Assembly: GCA_965235115.1 (NCBI GenBank)
Contig: OZ249436.1
Location: 55,554,001 to 55,618,000 of the forward strand
Source of the DNA: Laetmonice hystrix
Lineage: Eukaryota
Length of the DNA: 64,000 nt
Direction of reading: 5' to 3'
Positions 50,967 through 63,324 of this stretch are shown here, piece by piece. The number at the start of each line of letters is the position of its first letter. Position 1 is the stretch's first letter. The position numbers were made by a program, and so were the translations under genes. The notes below the pieces were generated by a model. That model searched no databases. It was not told the origin of the DNA and saw only the letters and a list, made by a program, of their open reading frames with translations.

Positions 50967-51544
50967 TCGCTGGTAAAAACTGACAGATCACTATAACAAT
51001 ACAGACACAAACCAAGGGTGTCAACATGACTCGGGTTTAAACATGAGATCGCTAAAAAAACTGAATGAGTACATGTTTAACAAAAGACACAAACCAAGGG
51101 TGCCAACATGCTCAGGTTTAAGCATGAAATCGCTGACAAAAACTGGTACATCAGTATAACGATAAAAAGAAACAAATCAAGGATGTCAACATGCTCATAA
51201 AAAGACACAAGCCTAGGGTGCAAACATGAAAAATAACCTACAGATTCAAATGTTTGAAAGAGTATGTGTTTGTCTTTGTTCTTTTTGTGTGGGGGGTTGC
51301 CTTAAAACACTGCAGCAGATTTAGGGCTTTGTATGTTGAGTGGGTCAAGGTTTGACCCATGTATGATACTACATAAACAATAGGTTTATTATCGATTGCA
51401 TTGATTTTGTATGTGATATTTTCCCATGCTTATCATTGTTCGGGTCCATGTTTAAAACAATGTAGCAGTTTTGAGTTATCATTAAGATCTTTGTTTGGTT
51501 GTTACGTTAAGTTCCTTTTTAAGTTGCTCATTTTATAATCAAAA

Positions 51545-54430
51545 TGTCTATTGCTTGATCTCTTGATTCCAACAGAGGTTATGAGATAAACAAAAAGTTG
51601 TAGCATGATGAAAATCCAGGAATTGCCACAAAGGTCTTACAATCGGCAAAGTCATGACACAGGTGACACAAGAAAATACCCGATAAAGAATTGGTACAAT
51701 CCAGCAAAAATAATAGTATATTGGGTGTTAACAAACGGTACAGCACAGCAGCCAGGTGCTGCAGAATGAATATCAAAACAACAAAATGTAGAGTCAAACG
51801 CCAAAAGAAAAACAACATCAATATTAAACTGACTTGGGGTAGGAAAAGAAGTATCTTCCACAAATAATATGACAATGTCAGAAAAGAATGAGGTTTTGTT
51901 CAAAACATGACTGTTGACAGGGTGATAAGTATTAAACTGGTCCTAACTGGTCTATAACAAATTGCATACCGTTTCTTATATATGCCAATTGATTTTATTT
52001 GGTTGTATGTTTATTATTGCTTGTTTTAATGTTATGATGCATCAGTTACTGTGTATGACCATGTTGATTTGATATTTTTACATGCTGTGTTTATTGTTGT
52101 CTCAGTTTTAATACCTTGTTTGATACTTGTATGACTGTATTAGACATGTGTTGATGTCCTGATAGATGACATTTTTAATGTTTAAAATGTGTACCTACAC
52201 TGTTGTACTGGATGTACTATTTTCATATGTTAACGGTTGATTGTGTTCATGTCCATGGTTTAGTTTAAGTTAATCATCAGTTAGATTAAGTTTAGTTTAA
52301 GTTAAGTATAAGTTTTAACTTCTTAACTACATTCTTAACTACATTCCACAAACGATAAAAAAAATACTCAGGAGAATACTACTCAAGCCAAACAGTCAAA
52401 TGTATGATACGGTGCTTGTATATGAGTCGCACATGTATTAGGCATGTTTATGCTGGTTTGATATTTTCACACACTGGTGGTTGATTGGTCTGATTACGTA
52501 TTTGTGTGCATTTGATTTCCTTTATTTCCCCGATTCTATTTATGTTTTCGATGTTTTGAATGCTTTCCTGTTTGAATAAGATGTTTCTTGGGGTTAATGT
52601 TTATGCTGGAATGAATTTGAAACGCCATGTAATATTGCATTCCTTGAGCAAGGTGTATTGGTTTGCTTTCAAGTAGGCCTACTGCAGCAGATTAGGGGCT
52701 CTGGATGTTGATGGAGGGGGTTGAGGTTGACCCATGTATAATACTTGTACCGTGTACCTACACTGATTATTTCATTGTTTTTGTATACATGTTGTATTTG
52801 AAAGATGATTGTGTCTATGTTTGAAATATTGTCTGTGTTTTGTCTATGTTTGATCGTTTCTTGCTTTGTAGTTTTCATGTTGTTTAAGTTGTGTATAAGT
52901 TAGCTTCAGTTTAGTTAAGTATAAGTTAAGTTCACTTCAAAAGTTGACGAAGTCTCAATTAATAAAGTGTCAATTGTTTGACCTCTTGTGATTTTTCAAA
53001 GGTTATGTAATAAGACAAAACGTTGACACATGACGCTTGAGTATAAAGAAGTGACTTCAAAAAATGATCATCGATAATACTTTGGCGAAACATGGAAAAG
53101 CGAAGTTGTTTAGTTTCCATCACATGCAGCAAATGTCACTGTCCATTTCGAAAATGAAAATCAAAGATAGTGACAGAGTAAAAAAAGAAAAAACCCGAGA
53201 AGACTCGTGAAGCAAAATCTGAATGAGAGAGCAGGGTGTGAATATGACAGTTCAGACAAAGCACAACACGAATAACGACGTTTAAACAAGAAATGTGGTT
53301 GGTATAATGCACAGCAGCCAGGTACTGCAGAATAAATATCAAAACAGTTGAACAAAGAAAAATTCATCGAGAAAGACAACATAAATACTAAACTGGTGAA
53401 GATGGTACCCTATCGAATCATGGAGTTAGGTGTGGATTCGTAAAAAGCGGTTATACATGCACACAAACTATGAAAAATGCTCAGGAGAATAATACTCAAG
53501 GCAAACGGTCATGTATGATACTTACATTTGAGTGGCCACTAGGTTGATATTTTCACACGCTGATGGGCGATTGCTTTGATGATTTTGGTGGACGATTGAT
53601 TCTATTTATTTCCCTGATTCTGTTGTTGTTTTCGATGTTTTGAATGTGTTAATGTTTGAATGTCTTTATGTTTGAATACAATGTTTGTGGGGTTTAATTT
53701 TCATGTTGCTTACCTTATACCTCAGAGACAGGGAACCTTTTGTTCATTGTCTTTGGTAGTATTTTCATATGTGGAAGGTTGATTTTGTCCATGATTGAAA
53801 CACTATTTCACGCGGGTTGTCTTCGTTGTTTGGTCGTTTGTTTGATAATTTAATGTTTAATGGTTTAGTTTAAGTCGAGTAGAACTTAAGTTAACTAAGT
53901 TGGCTAAGTCTCAATTAATAAAGTGTCAATTGCTTGATGTCTTGGGGTTCTTCAGAGGTTATGAAATAGGCAAACGTTGATGGATGACACTGAGTTTAAA
54001 GAAGTGACTTGAAAACTGATCCTTCGGTAAAACGCGATATATGGAAAAGCAATGGTGTTTATTTCCGTCGTATGCAGCCAATGTAGGGCTGAACATATGA
54101 CAATGAATGATCATGGCAGTTGAGACAATGAAAACGGGCAAAACAGAAATGACGTTCAAATAATATATATTAAACCGGTATCGATGATGCCTCAAACTTG
54201 CAATGAATGTGTTTGGTATTAATACCAAAGATCAGAGTGTGAATATGACGGTTCAGATAATGACAAATGAAAACCGCCATAAAATGCACAACAGCAATAA
54301 TGACGTTCAAACAAGATATAACCTCTAAAAGCTGCATTTGTGCCAGGTGCTACAGAATGAATATCAAAACAACACGAGACAAGTAAAACAACGAAAACAA
54401 AGAGCAAGGAAGTCCATATAAAAACGCCAT
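51545..54430. repeat. Three diverged ~0.9-1.4 kb repeats containing decayed exon-like segments
   Basis: Shared anchors: GTCAATTGCTTGA...AGAGGTTATG (~51545, 52970, 53925), GCCAGGT(G/A)CT(G/A)CAGAAT-AATATCAAAAC, and TCAGGAGAATA...CTCAAG in the first two. Confidence 0.7.
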
Positions 54431-56032
54431 CGCTAAACTGGCGTTGTCGGTGGATTGGATGGCTATGAGGGGAGGAGGAGGCCAAAGTAACAAAACTGGC
54501 TATGAGGGGAGGAGGAGGCCAAAGTAACAAAACTGAGTATTACATTAATATGTATAGGTATCGTATTAAATCATTGAAACTGCTGTTGAGGTTTGACTGA
54601 TTTGTGTGTTTGCATTGATAATTTAATATTTACGAACGGATGTGAAGATAATATATTAAATTGATTAACTGAACAAGTAGTTTTAGTTGCAGTGTTGAAC
54701 ACTGGGAGGTGCCACATGACTACTTGCTGCAATATACGCCACATTCCGTCGGAGCAGCCATGCATGTCGAAGGTCACAAGGATTATCGCACACGAGGTGT
54801 GGACGGCGACCACTTTTCAACCTAATCGTCAGATGGGAAACAAACAAGTCCTCTGTCTCACAGAACTTCGGAAGAGAAACAGTTCAAGCCCACCGCCACC
54901 CCTTCTCCTCCATAAAATAATCATTTATTCGGACTTGTGCTGTCCATTGTCTGGATTTTACAGCTGCCTTTACGCTTTTCCAGGGTTTTACATGCATAAG
55001 TAGGATTTATCCCTGGTTTTTAGTGCGGAAGGATGGCGCCTAACATTTGAGTCTGGGAAGAAATTACTTTAATAAAGAACTGTTTATTTGTACAGTATCA
55101 TCAAAACATAATAAAGGTTAAACATCAAACCTGTGAAATGGTTAAACGATACCACCAAATTAAACAGATTAGCCAGACATGGCCGAGGGAAAGGCCAGGA
55201 GAAATACGGCATTAAAAATCAAACCGGTGAAGTTGGTGGTCTGTATAAAAGACATTGCAAAAATGTCAACACAAAACAAAAGAATGTAAAGATTCAAACG
55301 TGGTCAAGCGAAGGCCAATCGATAAACCGGCAAGTTGATGGTAGTACGAAGACACTGCAGCAAAGGCTGCAGAATTTGAAGAAAAAAAAATAATCGTAAC
55401 AAACCTGTAAAATGGTCAGTCGTTGTCACAGTCGTACAGTTTGCTCGGGCTACAATCGATGCACGTCTTCCTTTCACACACTTTAGTTTCAACCTCATGT
55501 CATAAAATCTGACAGCTTTGTATTAAACTCCAATTCGAAGGTTCCATTTTGTAACCCATTAAAAACAACACCGTTTTTTTATAAACAGATTTCTTGTTCA
55601 GTCTATAATTGATGTATCTGAGGGGTTTATGTATTCCTGCAGAATATCTAAATCGCATTGAAAAGGTACATGTACTCGAGTTATATTCTCTGCTTGGTCT
55701 GCTATCTCAAAAATTCAAGAGTAGCCCTCGTCAAAGGGGCTCTGACCCTACTATATTCAATACTAGGGTCAGAGCGCACTGTCATCTACAACGCGTGGAT
55801 CTGTGTGTTCACCCCGTTTGCGAAATAACAAAAGCAATCTCCACGTTCTGAGTGTCCTAGATTATTGTATAACCTAGGAGAAATAAGACATGAACGTTTG
55901 TCTAACTTTCCAACCCTCTATCGTAAGTTTCTACGATGTTTCCCGGCCGAACTGAGATTTTCACATCTTCCCGGTGCCATTATGCTTGCATGCCACACTG
56001 CGCAGAATCGTCAAACCGGAAGTTTTCAGTGT

Positions 56033-56192
56033 GCGATTTTAGCATTGCGAGTGCGCATGGTTTGTTTGGTAGCCGTGCGAGTCATGGTTCGTTGGATACT
56101 CGGGGGTAGATGCGAGAGCACGTGGCTTGTTTGGTAGCCAAAACACACCACCCATCCCACAATGCACCGCGCGGTTGCAATGCTAAAATCGC
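56033..56192. mobile_element. MITE with 16-bp inverted ends (Harbinger-like)
   Basis: GCGATTTTAGCATTGC / GCAATGCTAAAATCGC. Confidence 0.5.
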
Positions 56193-56563
56193 TTATAGGC
56201 CTACTATAAACTTTTTTTGAGGTACCTTACTTCAACAGGCTATACAAGATGATGAGAAACATTTACAAGATAAACAGGGGTGTGATCTGATGGATAAATA
56301 GATTGGCTTTCTAAATCGGTAGGTGAAACTGGTAGGTTTTAAGGAGAAATAGGCTAAAAACTGGTCAGTGGCAACTTGGCACTGTTTGTTCCTCGCAAAA
56401 TGAATAGCAGTGCGTTCTAACCCTCGCAAGCGTAGCGGCCGGCGCTGGTTAGAACATTCTAACTAGAGTAGCCCTTGCAAGTAACCGTCCTTTTGACGCC
56501 CACTAACATGACATCCCACGTGGTCCGTTGTATCCATTGGCCGGGATTCTGATAGGCCAAGGG

Positions 56564-56821
56564 CAGGGCCGTAGCTATCGGGGGGGGGGGGGGGTCAGAG
56601 GGCGGCTGCCCCCTGGAAAACCTTGAATTTATTTCCCAGATGCCAGGAAAACGCGTATTTGGCCCTGTAATTTCCATTTCTTTCTGGGGGAGGGCCCCCA
56701 GACCCCCCGCTCATGCCTTCGCGCCTTCGCCGCTTGTATGGGGACACCCCCTCTCCAAAATTCCTGGATCCACCCATGACTGCCCCCCCCCCGCACTCAT
56801 AAATTTCGAGCTACGGCCCTG
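56564..56821. mobile_element. hAT5-like MITE, 5-bp TSD AAGGG
   Basis: AAGGG|CAGGGCCGTAGCT ... AGCTACGGCCCTG|AAGGG; perfect 13-bp TIR. Confidence 0.8.
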
Positions 56822-57867
56822 AAGGGCGTGGCTGTCAGGGTAAACCTGATAATTACTGCTCTGTTGATGGAAACATGGCAGGGATAATGACCGATAAACG
56901 CAAATTTAACTCCCTTATTGGGAGCGAAATTAAATCTGTGCGCACTCCACTGTGGTTTAACTGTGTGCAGCAGTCGCAATTTGAAATCGAGGCTTGTCGG
57001 TTTTATTTTTCAATCAGCGAGGTATTCGTGTTACTGGGAATAACACGTGTCAGCACCGACACATACTTTTACATTTCTGAACACAGAGATGGGTAACATA
57101 TCTGGAAAAATATTCTAAAAGTGCTCTCATTTATACAATTAAAAAGATTTTTTAGCTCCATATAATATTGTTTGGAAGTGATTCTTTAACATAGTCTTGC
57201 ATGTAACATGTGGAAAGCGAGGACGTTTAATTAAACGTAGATTAAATTTCGTATCACTCCTCAAATTGAGCCTCTGTAATTGGATTTGGATCTTTATCGG
57301 AGTGCTCACTTGAAAGCGGCCCCTGACAATTTATCCCGTTTACTCCGACGGCTTAACAATTCGAGTGATATTAAATCAATTTCACAACCCGGCCTCTCTT
57401 GCCATCGCAGTAACCGGTACAACTTACTTCCCCGACGTTATTTCTTATCTTCATGCCTTCTTTCGACTGCTAGAAATAATTTTAAGACCAGTCACTGGTC
57501 GTTTTATAATTGTTGTCGTCCACGATATACAGTATTAGTAAAGATTTTCAGAAAATGAACACTTAGGAAGAGCTTAATTAACAACGTAATTAATGACAGG
57601 CAGCGCGTGAAACAGAGCCATTAATGATTCGTGGAGAAAGCGTTTATGGAAGAGGTGTTTAAGAGTTGTTGGCGTCAAGCAACCTTCCAGAAAACCCTCG
57701 GGCATCTCTATATGACGTCCCAGACACAGAAGGTTTTAGGATCGCTGTATCCATAACCAGAATCTTGTTAACTTGTTTACCCGTTGGCTCGCTACCAAAA
57801 AGGATGGCACATCCCTTCCTGGGGAATGTATTAAATGAGCCCGCAAGCACCTATTACTGAGCACACC

Positions 57868-58283
57868 GCCCCTTGGGGATCAGGGTAAGAATGATCGTCA
57901 GCTCAAACCCTGTTCGTAAAAGGCGACAAATGGGGTGAGGGCTGGTGTGGAGAAGTGGTCGAGTGTCGGATTGCAAATTTCAGATTTTCAGTCTACTACC
58001 ATTTTTCTCGCTGGCCCTCTCCAGTGCTCCTCGACTGGGTCATCAAATTTGGTATGTCCAACCGTGTCTGCGCGACTGGGCATACAAAAGAACCCTTGCA
58101 ATTTTTCGAAAAGAGTAGGGGATTGCCTCCCGGTGGCAGCTTTCTTTCTCACTTCATCCTCACCATCACCCACCAAGCGGGATCCGGGATAAAATAGGTC
58201 CCTTGACTGAATTAAATGGTTCTTTGCCATGAATATGACTGAAATACTGTCGCCGGGGCGTAAAACCTCCAATTCACTAACAT
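57868..58283 (+). mobile_element. 5'-truncated SINE with Meta-like and Deu/Nin-like central domains
   Basis: TTCGTAAAAGGCGACAAA resembles the Meta core and AAAGAACCCTTGCAATTTTTCGAAAAGAGTAGGGG resembles the Deu/Nin core. The tail ATATGACTGAAATACTG...GGCGTAAAAC is shared with the SINEs at 8.3 and 62.2 kb. Recognition is from memory of the consensus motifs. Confidence 0.5.
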
Positions 58284-58496
58284 CAACTCGCTGAGCACCC
58301 CGCGAGTTCCTTCGATAACTGCTGCCTCCCCTCCCCGACCAGGATGGCGTACGATTCGAGAGGCCGGTGGCTGAACAATAAACCCGTTATCACATAAAAT
58401 ATTGAATTATTTTTTTTAAAATCGTCCGATATACCGGATGGATGGGGAGCTTTGTGCCCTGACATTTCTATTTTGAGGATAAAGAAGTAGAGAGAG

Positions 58497-58510
58497 GGAG
58501 AGAGATAGAG

Positions 58511-58592
<82 letters not shown>
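58497..58592. repeat. (GA)n microsatellite
   Basis: Long GA run adjacent to the 3' tail of the minus-strand SINE. Confidence 0.95.
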
Positions 58593-58594
<2 letters not shown>

Positions 58595-58609
58595 CGAGAA
58601 AAAAAGAAA

Positions 58610-59139
58610 AAGTGAACTTGGTCTTAGTCGACTAGATACGTTCATCCTACCCGTTCGAAGATCTGGCGTCTGAGACAACACGTGATAACCCAATGATAGC
58701 CGCCATACGGAACTATGCCACAGATCGACCCACTGACGGGGAACGGGTTGTATTGCTACATCCCTTTAGAAGAGTCGTATCACACTTTTCTCAGCCTTGC
58801 ACCCTCCCGGCTCCAAGTGGACACTTCTTCACTCATCATACTGTCAGTGTTTGAACCATCAGCACGTGTTGCCAGACTACGACCGAACGTGGACCCATGC
58901 AAGCTCCTTCCGACCCATCAGCCAGTTCATGGGAGACAGACCCGAGTCTATCTAAGCGATACTTTCAGACGTGACCGTTCACTGTACACGTGACCAGTGG
59001 TTTCGTGGCTTTATATAGTGACAAACCTTTCACACATGCAGCCCTGACCGGGGTTTCAAACCCGGACCGCAGCGGTGTGAGGCGATGGTCCTAGGTGTCA
59101 CGAGCCAGCACCTTTGACCACTCGGCCACCCGAGGCCCC
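58610..59139 (-). mobile_element. tRNA-derived SINE-like element carrying structured domain copy B (58652-58889)
   Basis: Minus-strand head GGGGCCTCGGGTGGCCGAGTGGTC (A box) ... GGGTTTGAAACCCC (B box), then the structured domain, tail GACTAAGACCAAGTTCAC and a T/(TC)n run. Confidence 0.65.
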
Positions 59140-61216
59140 TCCCAAAGCCTTGGAGGTGTAGATCCCGTCTGGAGAACTACACATGGGGCGACCATCCATA
59201 GTTTATTCCTGCAAGTTGATTTTATTAAAAGAAAAAAGAAAAAAGAAAAAAAAATCGAAACAGCGAAATTGAGATAAAAAGGCATTTTGAATAATTCTGT
59301 GGTGTTTTTATGAAAGTTGCCCCAAAAATGTCATTGTCCTTACAACGCCGGTGCGAGACACCGTGTCCCTACAAATCACCCAAGTCAGGACGGAGAGCGA
59401 GCAAGAGAGAGACCGTCATTCTGTGAGCTCTCGTACAGTCTCGCCTGATTCCGTTCGTGACAGCCTCGGTTTTGACGTCGGATTATGACCATAATGGCAG
59501 CAATCAATCAACCCCGGGATATATGTAGGCTATACACCCGGCCTCAACCACCGCTGAAACCCTGCTTAAAATGCAGCAGGTCGGCACTGCACGAATCAGA
59601 CCACCCGCTTTGTGCTGCAGATACATCATGCATACAAAACCTAAATACCTGCTGGGGGCCGAAAGCCAGGGGTTTTACAATGGCGGGCGGGTGTGGGCGC
59701 CGTGCAACAGTTAGGGTAATACGACTACCCCCATCAATTGACTAGGGAATGTCGTTACATGTAACTTATAATGACCTAGTTTTAGTATGCTTTGTTGGAT
59801 ACCTGTAGATGAGACTGGGGTGAAATCATCAGCTCGACAAGGATAATCAGTCTGTGGTGTTAGTAAAATGGCACAATGTATCAAAGTTAATGTCTCTATG
59901 TAAAATGTATGTTTCTGCAGCGTTGACACTCCTGGCACGAACCATCCTAAATGTAAGCCAATCATAAATTTAAGATGTTTTATAGCATTTCGTATGTATA
60001 CGCCTGTTTATATTCAAAGAGTGTAGTAAATATTGCAGGACGCTAATAATACCCTAAGGCAATTACAGTGTTACAGAGCTACAGTGGCAGAGATAATTTC
60101 TCATTACCTGTGGTCGAATCAATGTTTACAAAACATGATCTCCTAATAATAAAATAAATATTACCAATGTTCATATGAACACTTTTGATTATCTCTAGAA
60201 TTGTTTTTACTCGTCCTCTACGTCAGCAGCTTACGTATATCCAAGATTATTACATCAACAGTAAAGTGCCACCAAGATGGATAGAGTCGGGTCCTTGGCA
60301 AGATCTGACAGACTTTTTGCCCCCAAAAAGGGGAAAATCTACTAAAACATCACTTTTCTATAACCTGAACGGACTTCCCCCTATCTCACATTCACATTGC
60401 GTTTAGGAAAATTTAACTGACAATAAACGTGTATATCGTCATCAGCCGTGATAGAAGTGATATAAGATATAAAATTACTGTCAGAGCTCAGTTTGGATAG
60501 GAGTCAGGAGTCAGACGTAGATCATGGCTACCCGTACAATCACAGTAAATCAGAACTCGGCGCTGTCATTTATGTACATATATCAGTTACACCTTGTAGA
60601 GATTTATCATTTACCATATTATGATATTTGTCCCCCATTGCATGGGGTGATCGACGGGTAGCCTCCGTTCTCCGAGTTTGACTTCATAAATAATATTATT
60701 GTTACCATGACAATCCGTCCGGTTTACACAGGGATACACTGTAGCCAATACTCCCTATGGCGCGCCTGAACTGAGGTTTCTGCTATAAGTCATTTCAACC
60801 AATCGCCTTTCCTTGTGGCTCGTTCACAGACCTGCACAAAATGTATGATTGTCCTAAAGTCAACGACTAAATGTACATGTGGAGTAAATGGCTTATTGTT
60901 TATTTTACTTCCAGTTCACCTGAGATCATCGGAAGTGTTCCAGAAAAAAAGAAGTAACTTTAACATGCGCAGATAGTCGGACACGAGAGCCAAGGTGTGC
61001 CGCAGATGATGAAGAGCAGCTAAGAGTGGTCATTCAGTATACAGAATGGCTTTCCGGTGTAAAGGCCGTAATCCACATGGTCCGCCTGGCCAGCTGATTT
61101 TGGTGCGGTTGATCGTAGTGAGCAAAAATAAATCAAATACACGAGGGTGCATATTCAAAGGAATTTTGTCACCACGCACACGACTATCCTCCGAATGGTA
61201 ACAAAATGTATCTTAA

Positions 61217-61736
61217 AGGGGCATACTATGAAAAACGTTTTTGAGGATTTCCGGCAATTATCCAACATGACCGTGTACTAGGGATCCAAGTAAATAATCC
61301 TACCACAGCATTTTGTCCTCCGACGTGTTTTTGCTGCGTATGCAGCACAAGTAGGTTCTAAACGACCAAACCTATAGATTTCTCCCGATAGCACATCTCC
61401 CGCCATAATTTGGCGGACAACCTCCCATCAACCCGTGTAATTGCATACTGTGTCACATCCTGCGTGTGCACTCTCTGCATGTGCTTAGTCACGTGCTTGT
61501 AAACCAATTCAGCAGTGGCACTCGATCGCCCGGCATCAGAATGCCACCCAAAAAATATTTTAGGAAATCGGCAGAGAAGCGGGCAAGCAGGCTTAATAAA
61601 CTTCGATTTCTCACGCAAAGTGAAACTGATAAGTCTGTCTTTATTTACCAAGCAATTTTAATGAAGGATCTCTTTATGAAAACAGCAAAAGTTCTATGAA
61701 ATACCGATTTTTAACGTTTCCTCATAATATGCCCCT
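61217..61736. mobile_element. Kolobok-like non-autonomous DNA transposon
   Basis: TTAA|AGGGGCATACTATGA ... TCATAATATGCCCCT|TTAA. Confidence 0.78.
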
Positions 61737-61761
61737 TTAATGCCACTATTATATTCAATTA

Positions 61762-61863
61762 CAGTGGCGGATCCAGCATTTCTTCTACTTTTTCTACTTC
61801 TTCTCGGTCATTTTTGGAAAATAGGGGTGCCCGGGCTAGGTGGACCCCCTGAATCCACCATTA
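61762..61863. mobile_element. hAT5-like MITE, 5-bp TSD AATTA
   Basis: AATTA|CAGTGGCGGATCC ... GAATCCACCATTA|AATTA. Confidence 0.55.
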
Positions 61864-62167
61864 AATTACATAGAATCGGGCGTTTTTTCTCATTTCTTAT
61901 TTCTACGGCCAACAATACGGGCAATAGCCAAAGTCGGCCGGTCAGCTTGACGGTTTTATATACTTTGATGTCATTGAAGGCATTGCACATGATCGGATTA
62001 CTTGGGCCCCAGGCCAAGAGTACACTGTGCATGCATTTACAAGTTAGAGGGTTAAGCCTTTCACAGTACACTGTGCATGCATTTACAAGTTAGAGTTGAA
62101 AGTAATTCAACACTCGGTCTATAACGGCCACTGTGTCTGAGTTGTGTTCGTCCTCCATTAATCTGTA

Positions 62168-62280
62168 AGGTTGGTGTATTTTTCTCGGTATTCTCCGGTT
62201 TCCTCCGCCAGTAAAACTGACCGCCTTGATATGACCTGGTTGTTGCTGAAGTCGTAAAACTCCAATCCAAACCCAAACCC
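62168..62280 (+). mobile_element. SINE 3' part (V-domain-like), related to 8235-8381
   Basis: CTCCGGTTTCCTCC core and CCGCCTTGATATGACCTGG...CGTAAAAC tail. Confidence 0.55.
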
Positions 62281-63220
62281 CTCAATTTATATATTGTATC
62301 CGGATAGGTTTTTTTTCAATTAAGGAGCAAGATGCATACGCATTTTGTTCTTCTCTCCTTAAATCATCCATGCACCTCATGTTTACTATAGAGAGGACCC
62401 GGAAGCAATAAAATTCTGAAAAAAACGGTAGTTTTCCTGATGGCTCATTCTTTTGTACGCATGGGCCACAGTAGCTCCAATCAATCGCGAGAGGCGCGAG
62501 TCTTGATGACGTGCCGTGACTGTAGCCTTACTGCATGGACCCCTGCCTGGCCACGAAAACATCCGTCAAATAGGTCCTGGCTTCTCTCCTGATCGGTTTC
62601 TCCGACACTGGCTTCCGAATGGCTAACACCATAACCCGACCGTGCTGAACAGATCGTACGATTAAGATGCTTACATCAAGAGTAGACAGCGGGCTGCTGG
62701 CATTATGAGATCGTTGGCTACACTTTGAAGTGTGGCTCTAACTAAAGTAGATATACAGAGAAGCGCCCTATACACTGAGAACCCATGAGAAAACCTTCAA
62801 AGATACCTGTATGACATAGTCCGCGTGCCCGGGGGCTGGACATGCATGGTACGTATCGCGCGTTCTGCATATCGGCAAGTTTGAGTCTCGGTTCGAGAGA
62901 ATCAATTGTTCCTGAAGTCCGAGTTTAGTGCGCCTGAGTCGGAGTTTCTCCGCAGGGGGGCGTGGCGGTATGGGGACGACGGCTGAGGACTGGGGGCAGA
63001 GACTAGCCGCATTATCTACGAATACGCACCCTTCTTGTGACCGGCCATGGCAACAGGCACCTGTTCTGTAATGGCCGAATCTTCTGCTGGTTACGAATAA
63101 TGAAATAAGGAGTACGAGGACCTGGTCTGATGAAAACACAAAATGCTAAACCGTGTAAATATGGTGAGTTGTGGCCGTGGATTGGGAGGAGGCGGCGGGC
63201 ACGGCTGCCGTTGGGTGGAT

Positions 63221-63324
63221 TTACAAAGGGTCCAGCGGACTTGTCTGCTTGCAGTGGTCCTCTTTCAAATCTGCTGTATCGTCCAAGGTGAGTTGAGTGA
63301 AACTGTCTCTTGAAGAATGAACGT
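63221..63324 (-). CDS. Possible terminal coding exon of a minus-strand gene lying beyond the window (DVHSSRDSFTQLTLDDTADLKEDHCKQTSPLDPL*)
   Basis: Acceptor-like catttcattattacag| followed by a protein-like frame ending in TAA; no homology recognised. Confidence 0.25.

Noticed and set aside
62768..63139. 123-aa minus-strand ORF with a hydrophobic N-terminus
   Set aside because: GTG start, no recognised homology and no connecting exons.
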